A DNA stretch of 64,000 nt from Tabrizicola sp. BL-A-41-H6 (GTDB lineage: Bacteria > Pseudomonadota > Alphaproteobacteria > Rhodobacterales > Rhodobacteraceae): positions 450,424 through 514,423 of the forward strand of contig NZ_CP192600.1 in the NCBI RefSeq assembly GCF_050632395.1. The letters are read 5' to 3'. Below the pieces are notes generated by a model that was not told the origin of the DNA, did not search any database, and saw nothing but the letters and a program-made list of their open reading frames with translations. The position numbers were made by a program, and so were the translations under genes. Below, piece after piece: positions 56,343 to 64,000 of this stretch. Within the stretch, counting starts at the first letter, position 1. Each line of letters begins with the position of its first letter.

Positions 56343-56467
56343 TCCGTTGCCAATCACGGAAATGTTGCCGGATGCGCATCAATCTGGCAAGTTTCCGCCT
56401 ACCGGCGCTTAGTCCGGGAAACAGCGGGCCCCCTTAGGGAGGCCTGCGAGCAAGGGAAGGTAATGGT

Positions 56468-56758
56468 ATGGAACTGATAATCCAGATTGTCGCAGGTCTT
56501 CTGGGCGGCAATGCCGCAGGTGCAGCGCTGAAGAACCTCAGCCTTGGCACTGCAGGCAATACAGTAGTTGGCGGTATTGGCGGCGGGCTAGGTGGCATCC
56601 TCATGGGGATGCTTGGCGGGGCGGCACCAGATGCGGCTGCGGCTGCGTCAGGGCTTGACCTGGGTGCGATCATTCAGGCGGTTGCCGGTGGTGGCGTGGG
56701 CGGCGCTGTCTTGACGGCGCTTCTTGGTGTCGTGAAGAAGATGCTGGTCAAAGCCTGA
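56468..56758 (+). CDS. Small glycine-rich (glycine-zipper-like) membrane protein, hypothetical
   Basis: 96 aa, MELIIQIVAGLLGGNAAGAAL...GGIGGGLGGILMGMLGG...AVAGGGVGGAVLTALLG. GGGAAGG lies upstream. Confidence 0.5.
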   Translation: MELIIQIVAGLLGGNAAGAALKNLSLGTAGNTVVGGIGGGLGGILMGMLGGAAPDAAAAASGLDLGAIIQAVAGGGVGGAVLTALLGVVKKMLVKA

Positions 56759-56860
56759 GCAATCAAAGCGGGGCGGATAGGCGCCGCCCCGCGATCCCTT
56801 GCAGGCTTGCTTCGCGCCACCGCTCGCCGGTATACCCCCGGCATACTTCGCGAGGTTGCC

Positions 56861-57730
56861 ATGACGTCTTCCCCCGTCGACGATCCCAAGACACTGGTTT
56901 CCACTGACTGGCTCGCCAAGCATGTGCGCGACCCGGACCTTCGAATACTTGATGCCAGTTGGTATCTTCCCGATGCCGGACGCAACGCGAGGGCGGAGTA
57001 TGAGGCTGCCCACATCCCCGGCGCCCGGTTCTTCGATATCGACGAGATTTCTGACCTGCGTTCAACCCTGCCGCATATGGCGCCGCCACCAGAGAAGTTC
57101 ATCAGCCGTATGCGCGCGATGGGTGTGGGCGACGGACATCAGGTCGTGGTCTATGACGGGGCGGGGTTGTTCAGTGCCGCCCGTGTGTGGTGGCTGTTTC
57201 GCCTGATGGGCAAGACCGACGTGGCCGTGCTTGATGGCGGTTTTCCCAAATGGCGCGCCGAGGGCCGCGAGATCGAGGACATGTCACCGATCGTGAAGGA
57301 CCGCCACATCACGGTCAGCCGCCAAAACCATCTGGTCAAGGACGTGACGCAGGTTGCCCACGCAGCCAAGCTGGGCGAAGCCGAGATCATCGACGCCCGA
57401 TCCGCCCCGCGTTTCCGGGGCGAAGTGCCCGAACCGCGCCCCGGCTTGCGTTCGGGTCACATTCCGGGCGCGAAGAACGTGCCATTTGCCACGGTCTTGA
57501 ATGCTGACGGCACGATGAAAGCCCCAGCCGAGTTGAGGGCCGTGTTCGAGGCGGCGGGGGTCGACCTTGCGAAGCCCGCAGTCACCTCGTGCGGGTCGGG
57601 TGTCACGGCAGCGGTCCTGTCGCTTGCCCTTGAACGGATCGGTCACCGCAACCATGCGCTCTATGACGGCTCTTGGGCCGAGTGGGGCATGTATGACGAC
57701 CTGAAAGTCGAACAGGGCCCGCAGGCCTAG
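56861..57730 (+). CDS. sseA: 3-mercaptopyruvate sulfurtransferase (tandem rhodanese)
   Basis: LVSTDWLAKH...AHIPGARFFDID...and the active-site loop TSCGSGVTAA. Confidence 0.9.
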   Translation: MTSSPVDDPKTLVSTDWLAKHVRDPDLRILDASWYLPDAGRNARAEYEAAHIPGARFFDIDEISDLRSTLPHMAPPPEKFISRMRAMGVGDGHQVVVYDGAGLFSAARVWWLFRLMGKTDVAVLDGGFPKWRAEGREIEDMSPIVKDRHITVSRQNHLVKDVTQVAHAAKLGEAEIIDARSAPRFRGEVPEPRPGLRSGHIPGAKNVPFATVLNADGTMKAPAELRAVFEAAGVDLAKPAVTSCGSGVTAAVLSLALERIGHRNHALYDGSWAEWGMYDDLKVEQGPQA

Positions 57731-57752
57731 GCCTGCTCTACCGGAGTCTGCA

Positions 57753-58928
57753 ATGCTTGAATCCCTCAACCCGCAGCCACAGGACAAGATCCTGCAGCTT
57801 ATCTCGATGTTTCGCGATGACCCCAGGGGCGACAAGATCGACCTGGGCGTCGGCGTCTATAAGGATGCGACCGGGTTGACCCCGGTGATGCGCGCCGTGA
57901 AGACGGCAGAAAAGAAGCTGTGGGAAACCGAGACCACGAAAACCTATACCGGCCTTGCGGGGGAACCTGCCTTCAACGCAGCGATGGTGACGATGATTCT
58001 GGGGTCCGGATATGCTGACCGGGCAGCCTCGGTGGCTACGCCCGGCGGCACCGGGGCGATCCGGCAGGCGCTGGAACTGATCCGGCTGGCCGCGCCGGGG
58101 GCAACGGTCTGGCTATCGAACCCAACGTGGCCAAACCACCCGTCGATCATCAAGTATCTGAAGATGCCGATGGCTGAATACCGCTATTTCGATGTGGCGG
58201 GCGGGGGCATCGATTTTGCCGGGTTGATGGAGGATTTGTCGAATGTGAAGGCTGGCGATGCAGTTCTTCTGCATGGCTGCTGCCACAACCCTACGGGCGC
58301 CAACCTTGACGCCGGTCAATGGGATCAGGTGGCAAGACTATTGACCGATAGGGGCGCCATTCCATTTATCGACCTTGCCTACCAAGGTTTTGGAGACGGC
58401 CTTGAGGAGGACGCCGCAGCGACGCGAATGATCGCAGCCCGGTTTCCAGAGGTGCTGATCGCAGCCTCCTGTTCGAAGAACTTCGGCATTTACCGCGAAC
58501 GCACCGGCGTGCTGATCGCGCTGACCAGCCCTGAGCGACGGGCCACGGTGCAGGGTAACCTCGCCTTTCTGAACCGTCAGAACTATTCGTTTCCGCCTGA
58601 CCATGGCGCGCGGCTGGTGACGATGATCCTTGAAGATGCGGCGCTGACTGCCGAATGGAAGGCCGAGTTGGAGGAGGTGCGGAAGAACATGCTGAACCTG
58701 CGACAGACGCTGGCGGACGAATTGCGCAAGGCGACGAACTCCGACCGGTTCGATTTCGTCGCACGCCATCGTGGGATGTTCAGCCGGCTGGGCCTGACCG
58801 AAGCTCAGGTAGAATTACTGCGGAAAGAGCATGGGATCTACATGGTCTCGGACAGCCGGATCAACATAGCAGGGTTGAATGCCCGCACGCTGCCTATCCT
58901 TGCGAAAGCGATTGCGTCGGTGCTGTGA
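57753..58928 (+). CDS. Aromatic/aspartate aminotransferase (AspC/TyrB subgroup)
   Basis: DKIDLGVGVYKDATG...CCHNPTGANL...SCSKNFGIYRERTG. Confidence 0.92.
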   Translation: MLESLNPQPQDKILQLISMFRDDPRGDKIDLGVGVYKDATGLTPVMRAVKTAEKKLWETETTKTYTGLAGEPAFNAAMVTMILGSGYADRAASVATPGGTGAIRQALELIRLAAPGATVWLSNPTWPNHPSIIKYLKMPMAEYRYFDVAGGGIDFAGLMEDLSNVKAGDAVLLHGCCHNPTGANLDAGQWDQVARLLTDRGAIPFIDLAYQGFGDGLEEDAAATRMIAARFPEVLIAASCSKNFGIYRERTGVLIALTSPERRATVQGNLAFLNRQNYSFPPDHGARLVTMILEDAALTAEWKAELEEVRKNMLNLRQTLADELRKATNSDRFDFVARHRGMFSRLGLTEAQVELLRKEHGIYMVSDSRINIAGLNARTLPILAKAIASVL

Positions 58929-59074
58929 TGATTGCACCGGCCACCGACCGCTTCGGTAACGCCATTGAGCCGGTGGTGCCGCTGGTCATCGGAGCGACTG
59001 GCCGTCGCGATCGGTGGCACGTGCCTGCGCTGATGAATGAGGTTGCCCGCTTTGTGATCGGCCGCTGACACATC

Positions 59075-59950
59075 ATGCTTGCCATAGTCCTTTCCCTTGG
59101 CGCGGCGGCGACGTTTGCCCTTTCGGCAATGCTGATCGACCGGGTGAACGGCCGGGTTGCGATCCTGCAGCTTGCGCGGTGGCAGATGGGGATCGCGTTT
59201 GCCGTGACACTTGTTGTTTCGGCGCTACTTGGCAGTTGGCAGACGGTGGCTGCGTGGCAGTTCGGGTTGCTTGCCGCGTCGTCGGCTGCTGGCATCATGC
59301 TGGCCTCGCTGACCTATTTCGGTGCCATCATGTTTGCCGGGCCGCGCATTTCGGCGCTGCTTTTCACGCTCGCGTCGCCCTTCGCGCTTTTGATGGGGTA
59401 TGTGGCGCTGGGCGAAACGGTATCGGCCGGCCAGGGCGCGGGCATCGCGCTGATCGTTTTCGGCATCATGTTGTCTATCACCGCTCCGGCTGACGCGCAG
59501 GTTGTCGGGCGCAGCGTCCGGCCGTTCTGGCAAGGAATAGCACTTGGTGTCATCACCTCGGTCGGGCAGGCGGCGGGTAGCCTGCTGGCCCGTCCGGCCA
59601 TGGCGGCTGGGGTGGAGCCGGTGACGGCCATGGCGATCCGGTCCGGCCTTGGCTTTGCGTTCTTTCTTGCCCTGATGGTGACTCCAATGGCCCGGCGGGC
59701 GATGCCGCTTGGCCGATCAGAATTGCTGAACATTGGCGGCTCGGCCATCCTTGGCATGTTCATCGGCATGTCATTCCTGATGGCCGCACTTGCGCGCGGG
59801 GATGTCGGCATCGTCTCGACCCTGTCGTCGACCACCCCGATCCTGATCTTGCCGATGCTTTGGGCCACCACGGGCAAGCGGCCCACCGTCGCCGCGTGGG
59901 TTGGCGCGACCCTTGCGGTGGCTGGAACCGCCCTGATCAGCTTCGCCTAG
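59075..59950 (+). CDS. DMT/EamA-family transporter
   Basis: 291 aa, about ten hydrophobic helices, two EamA-like halves. Confidence 0.83.
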   Translation: MLAIVLSLGAAATFALSAMLIDRVNGRVAILQLARWQMGIAFAVTLVVSALLGSWQTVAAWQFGLLAASSAAGIMLASLTYFGAIMFAGPRISALLFTLASPFALLMGYVALGETVSAGQGAGIALIVFGIMLSITAPADAQVVGRSVRPFWQGIALGVITSVGQAAGSLLARPAMAAGVEPVTAMAIRSGLGFAFFLALMVTPMARRAMPLGRSELLNIGGSAILGMFIGMSFLMAALARGDVGIVSTLSSTTPILILPMLWATTGKRPTVAAWVGATLAVAGTALISFA

Positions 59951-60834
59951 CGCCCGGCAAGAACCGCCACGGCCACGCCAGATGCCATGATCATCGCCAT
60001 GCCGATGAGCGCCAGCCCGTCTGGCATGTGCGAAAACACAAGCCAGCCGAGGATCGCCGCCCAGACGATGTGCAGATAATTCACTGGCGCCAGAAGCGAG
60101 GCGGGGGCTTCGCGATAGGCTGCGGTGAACATCAGGTGCCCGACAGTGCCCAGAACGCCCAGAACAACCATCAATCCAGCGTCGAAGGGAGATGGCATCG
60201 CCCCGCCAAGCGACCATGGCAGGAACGCCGCGAAGACCACCGTTCCAACCAGTGCCGTGTGGAACAGCATTGCCATCGTCGTTTCGGTTCGTGTCAGCAT
60301 TCGTGTTAGAAGGTGGTAGACTGTGGCGCAGCCCGCGTTCACGAGACACAGCGCAACGCCAATCGGATCAAGCCCGCTACTCGGCCGCGCGATGATGAGC
60401 ACACCCAGAAAGCTGCAGGTCGCAGCCAGCCAGCCGATCAGGCTTACTTTCTCGCCAAGGATCGGACCAGCCGCCAGCATCACCAGAAACGGTGCGATGT
60501 AGATGATCGCCACGGTTTCACCCACAGGCATCACGCGCAGCGCGAAAACCATGCTTATCGACGCTGCAGCCAGACAGGCACCCCGAAGCACCACGAGCCC
60601 AAGCCGGTTCGTGCGCCAAAGCCCAGTGCCGTGGCGCGGCATCATCACCCCCATCAACAGCACAAGATTCACGGAGTATCGCACCGCAAGCAGCAAGGGC
60701 ACCGCATAGAGCATCGCCAGATGCTTGCTGACCGTATCTGACAGTCCGAACAGGAAGGTTGCCGCCACGACAAGCGCCACCCCCTTGAGCGCGCCTTCAC
60801 TGCGCGGCGACGGGGAGATGGAGGGGCTGGTCAT
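59947..60834 (-). CDS. DMT/EamA-family transporter
   Basis: Start at ATG 60834 (MTSPSISPSPRSEGALKGVALVVAATFLFGLSDTVSKHL). Its stop overlaps the convergent EamA stop (CTAG). Confidence 0.85.
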   Translation of the reverse strand: MTSPSISPSPRSEGALKGVALVVAATFLFGLSDTVSKHLAMLYAVPLLLAVRYSVNLVLLMGVMMPRHGTGLWRTNRLGLVVLRGACLAAASISMVFALRVMPVGETVAIIYIAPFLVMLAAGPILGEKVSLIGWLAATCSFLGVLIIARPSSGLDPIGVALCLVNAGCATVYHLLTRMLTRTETTMAMLFHTALVGTVVFAAFLPWSLGGAMPSPFDAGLMVVLGVLGTVGHLMFTAAYREAPASLLAPVNYLHIVWAAILGWLVFSHMPDGLALIGMAMIMASGVAVAVLAGR

Positions 60835-61011
60835 CTTGGTGGCTTTCGGCTTGGGGGTACACCTTAGCAACGTGCCCGGACGGGTGACAGGGCCATCAGG
60901 AAACAAAAGCGGCCCGTGGGGGGAGGACCCACGGGCCGTTCAGGTAATCTGGCAGGGGGAGGAGATCCCGCCAGGCAGAACCGAGGCCAGCAACGGCCGG
61001 CCCCGGCAAAG

Positions 61012-62379
61012 TCACATGTTGTAAGCGCGCTCGCCATGCGAGGTGAGGTCGAGCCCCTCGCGCTCTTGCTCTTCCTTGACGCGCAGACCCATTACCGCGT
61101 TTACGGCGTAGTACAGGACGGCCGACACCACGCCACACCAGATGATCGTTACCAACACAGCCTGGATCTGGACCATGATCTGTGTGCCCATCGCTGCGCC
61201 GCCGTAACCAATACCGCCCATCGACGGATCGTTGACCACCGCGGTACCGATCGCCCCGATGATGCCGGCGACGCCGTGAATGCCGAAGACGTCAAGGCTG
61301 TCGTCGTAGTTCAGTCTGTGCTTCACGGTCGATACGAAGAAGTAGCAGGCGACAGAGGCAACTGCGCCCAGCACGATCGCACCCACCGGCCCAGCAAAGC
61401 CCGCTGCCGGCGTTACCGCGACCAAACCTGTGACCAGACCCGACACCGCACCCAGCATGGACGCTTTGCCGCGCGCCACGATCTCGACCAGTACCCAGGC
61501 CAGCGTTGCACCGGCAGTGGCCGTGAAGGTGTTTATCATCGCAAGGCCCGCGCCGCCGTTGGCTTCGAGGTTGGAGCCGGCGTTGAAGCCGAACCAGCCC
61601 ACCCACAGCATCGACGCGCCGACCATCGTCAGGGTCATCGAGTGCGGTGCCATGTTGTCTTTGCCGTAGCCGACGCGTTTGCCGATGATCAGGCAGCCAA
61701 CCAGCGCGGCGATACCGGCGTTGATGTGCACCACGGTGCCGCCAGCGAAATCAAGCGCGCCCCAGCCGTAGATCAGCCCGTCCGAATCCCAGACCATGTG
61801 GGCGATCGGGAAGTAGACGATCGTCACCCACAATGCCACGAACACCAGAAGCGAGCCGAACTTGATCCGCTCGGCAAAGGCGCCGACGATCAGGACCGCG
61901 GTGATGCAGGCGAAGGTCATCTGGAACGAGATGAACACGAATTCGGGAATCACGAACCCGGCCGAGAAGGTGGCCGCCATCGATTCCAGCGTAACGCCGG
62001 ACAGGAACGCCTTGCCCAGGCCGCCCCAGTAGGGCGACGGTGCATCCCCAAAGGCCATCGAGTAGCCCCAGAAAACGTAGATCACAATCACCAGTGCGGT
62101 GATAACCGTCGACTGCATCAGCAGCGAGAGCATGTTCTTCGTGCGCACGAGGCCGCCGTAGAACAGCGCCAGACCCGGCAGGATCATGAACAGCACCAGC
62201 ACGGTCGAGATCATCATGAACGCGGTGTCACCCTTGTCCATCACAGGGACGACCTCGGCCACGACATCGGCTGCCGCCTCGGTTGTTTCGGCCGCCGCGT
62301 CCTGTGCCCATGCAGGCAGGCTGGCGAACAGCGACGCTGCCAGCGCGCCCAAGCCAGAATATTTCGCAAGTTTCATCAT
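61012..62379 (-). CDS. amtB: Ammonium transporter
   Basis: Signal peptide MMKLAKYSGLGALAASLFASLPAWAQD, then DKGDTAFMMISTVLVLFM...FAGGTVVHINAGIAAL...HGVAGIIGAIGT. Confidence 0.95.
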   Translation of the reverse strand: MMKLAKYSGLGALAASLFASLPAWAQDAAAETTEAAADVVAEVVPVMDKGDTAFMMISTVLVLFMILPGLALFYGGLVRTKNMLSLLMQSTVITALVIVIYVFWGYSMAFGDAPSPYWGGLGKAFLSGVTLESMAATFSAGFVIPEFVFISFQMTFACITAVLIVGAFAERIKFGSLLVFVALWVTIVYFPIAHMVWDSDGLIYGWGALDFAGGTVVHINAGIAALVGCLIIGKRVGYGKDNMAPHSMTLTMVGASMLWVGWFGFNAGSNLEANGGAGLAMINTFTATAGATLAWVLVEIVARGKASMLGAVSGLVTGLVAVTPAAGFAGPVGAIVLGAVASVACYFFVSTVKHRLNYDDSLDVFGIHGVAGIIGAIGTAVVNDPSMGGIGYGGAAMGTQIMVQIQAVLVTIIWCGVVSAVLYYAVNAVMGLRVKEEQEREGLDLTSHGERAYNM

Positions 62380-62408
62380 GTCAGTGGTTTCCCCTTGCCC
62401 CACGCGCA

Positions 62409-62747
62409 TCACAGCGCATCGTCATCGGTTTCGCCGGTGCGCACCCGCACGGCATGTTGCACGTCGAGGACGAAAATCTTTCCGTCGCCGATCTTGTCGG
62501 TCTTCGCCGTTTTCTGGATGGTGCTGACAACCTGGTCGGCCAAACCGTCGGCAACGACAATTTCCAACCGGACCTTCGGCACGAAATTTACGGCGTATTC
62601 GGCGCCACGGTAGATCTCGGTGTGGCCAGACTGGCTGCCGAACCCCTTGATCTCGGTCACCATCATTCCGCGCACGCCGATGGCTGTCAGCGCTTCGCGG
62701 ACTTCCTCAAGCTTGAACGGTTTGATCGCTGCGATAATGAGCTTCAC
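62409..62747 (-). CDS. glnK: Nitrogen regulatory protein P-II
   Basis: (GTG)KLIIAAIKPFKLEEVREALTAIGVRGMMVTEIKGFGSQSGHTEIYRGAEY (T-loop Tyr). 112 aa, AAGGGGA RBS, upstream of amtB. Confidence 0.95.
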   Translation of the reverse strand: MKLIIAAIKPFKLEEVREALTAIGVRGMMVTEIKGFGSQSGHTEIYRGAEYAVNFVPKVRLEIVVADGLADQVVSTIQKTAKTDKIGDGKIFVLDVQHAVRVRTGETDDDAL

Positions 62748-63014
62748 ATCTTTCCCCTTCTGTCGTTGCGGTCCCCCGAGGGCGCGGGATCTGGATTTGA
62801 TGTGGCAGGGCAACGAGCGGGCAGCACAAGAAAACCGCGGCGAGAATCGGCCGGACGCGGGGCTCAGTTGCACAAATTTTGCACTTTTTGGAGGTGGTGA
62901 CCAAATTTTAAGCGCTGGGTGAACCCGAATCGAGCCGCGCCAATCTGTGCTTTCCCGAAAATCCCGGTTATCCTTGGGCGCAATCAGATCGCGCAAAATG
63001 GCGGGCAGGCGGGC

Positions 63015-64000
63015 ATGGCGGTAAAGAGTGGCGGGCGCAGGCCTTTGGTGGCTGACAGGCGCTATGCGACCAAGGCAACTGCGGGCGGCAGCGGGCCGCG
63101 CAAACCTGCCGAACCGTCCCGCAAGCCGACCCGACAGCGACGTGGGAGGCCACCGCGCAAACATGGGTTTGTCGTTGGCGCGGTTCTGGCGTTGTGGCGG
63201 ATGGTCTGGGCCGTGATCTGGCGACTGGGGGTCGTCAGCGCGCTGATCCTTGCGGGGATAGTGTTCTATTTCTACGCTCAGCTTCCGCCAGTTGCCGACC
63301 TTTTGGATGCAAGGGCGCGTGGGTCAGTCACCATGCTTGACCGCGAGGGCAAGGTGTACGCTTGGCGCGGCGAGACATTCGGGGGCACAATCACAGCCGA
63401 TACCGTTTCGCCCTACTTGCACGACGCCGTGGTGGCAACCGAGGACAAGCGTTTTTACTGGCACTTTGGCATCAGCCCGCGCGGCATCGCCAGCGCTATC
63501 CGCATCAACCTGTCCGAAGGGCGCGGCCCGTTGGAAGGCAACGGCGGTTCCACCATCACCCAGCAGGTTGCCAAGCTGTTGTGCCTGGGGGTTCCCTACG
63601 ATTCGGCGACGTGGAAATCCGAAAAGGAATATGAGGCCGACTGCCGCCGCGGGGGCATTTGGCGCAAGTTGAAGGAAGTACCCTACGCTATGGCGATGGA
63701 GGCGAAGTATTCGAAGGAGGAAATCCTTACGATCTACTTCAACCGCGCCTACCTTGGCGCCGGCGCTCGCGGCTTCGAGGCGGCGGCTCAACGGTACTTC
63801 GGCAAGTCGGCGAACAAGGTGAACATTGCCGAAGCCGCAATGCTGGCGGGCCTTCTCAAGGCTCCCTCCACCTTTGCGCCGACGGCCAGCCTTGAGCGCG
63901 CCCGCGCCCGCGCCAATGTGGTGATAGGGCTGATGGAAGAGCAGGGTTATCTGACCGCCGCCGAGGCGGACGAGGCGCGCGACAAGCCGGCATCGCTGTC
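63015..64000 (+). CDS. Penicillin-binding protein 1A family (GT51 transglycosylase domain); 3' end outside the window
   Basis: Own translation from ATG 63015: a basic cytoplasmic tail, TM VVGAVLALWRMVWAVIW, then ATEDKRFYWHFGISPRGI...GGSTITQQVAKL...RKLKEV..AMAMEAKYSKEEILTIYFNRAYLGAG. Open to position 64000. Confidence 0.88.
   Translation, partial: MAVKSGGRRPLVADRRYATKATAGGSGPRKPAEPSRKPTRQRRGRPPRKHGFVVGAVLALWRMVWAVIWRLGVVSALILAGIVFYFYAQLPPVADLLDARARGSVTMLDREGKVYAWRGETFGGTITADTVSPYLHDAVVATEDKRFYWHFGISPRGIASAIRINLSEGRGPLEGNGGSTITQQVAKLLCLGVPYDSATWKSEKEYEADCRRGGIWRKLKEVPYAMAMEAKYSKEEILTIYFNRAYLGAGARGFEAAAQRYFGKSANKVNIAEAAMLAGLLKAPSTFAPTASLERARARANVVIGLMEEQGYLTAAEADEARDKPASL

Noticed and set aside
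56343-56467. Possible ssrA/tmRNA next to smpB.
   Set aside because: There is no tRNA-like acceptor or T-arm and no tag-reading-frame features. The region is too short, and alphaproteobacterial two-piece tmRNA is usually elsewhere.
58928-59068. 46-aa ORF (MIAPATDRFGNAIEPVVPLVIGATGRRDRWHVPALMNEVARFVIGR) overlapping the aminotransferase stop as TGATG.
   Set aside because: It has no recognisable family and no clear RBS beyond the coupling. It could be real, but it cannot be supported from sequence alone.

Overview
Visibly high-GC (not computed) alphaproteobacterial chromosome segment with Rhodobacterales-type gene content. It is almost fully coding: about 65 CDS, with no rRNA, tRNA, CRISPR array, transposase or integrase seen. 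Many long ORFs in the track are antisense or out-of-frame artefacts of the GC bias and are ignored. Several starts were re-picked downstream of the track's first start codon, using Shine-Dalgarno context and expected N-termini.

Gene order:
- EamA transporter (partial), YaiI, CAP-domain protein, fghA, TerC, DUF1013 protein, RNase T2, quinone oxidoreductase.
- COQ9-like gene divergent from rpsU, then arsC-aquaglyceroporin.
- Lrp/AsnC regulator divergent from alanine dehydrogenase, then mscL and a Nu-class GST.
- Flagellar block: flgI-flgL-flgK-flgE-motB.
- A 694-aa PA14/RTX/Hint-domain protein.
- A GlcNAc/MurNAc regulon: nagA, SIS deaminase, GntR regulator and kinase, divergent from murQ plus an ABC transporter with an embedded Gfo/Idh/MocA oxidoreductase. 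TGGTATT-type operator repeats sit in the divergent promoter.
- The most unusual locus (30126-38026, minus strand): a tightly packed seven-gene operon. It encodes an FHA protein, a PP2C phosphatase, three dynamin-like/P-loop GTPases (516, 690 and 327 aa) and two small Roadblock-like proteins, with no Ser/Thr kinase.
- ispB, DUF2007, NPPY methyltransferase, DUF465, EamA, phaB-phaA, stand-alone EAL, tag, YbbN-like thioredoxin, Lon-N protein, Trm112.
- A roughly 1-kb lower-GC islet, then UbiH-family hydroxylase, amidase, aminotransferase, ftsK.
- A minimal ion channel, smpB, sseA, an aromatic/aspartate aminotransferase, two EamA genes, amtB-glnK and a partial PBP1A.

A perfect 19-21 bp palindrome (core TGTCCCAC-G-GTGGGACA) occurs three times, each time abutting the stop codon of a minus-strand gene.
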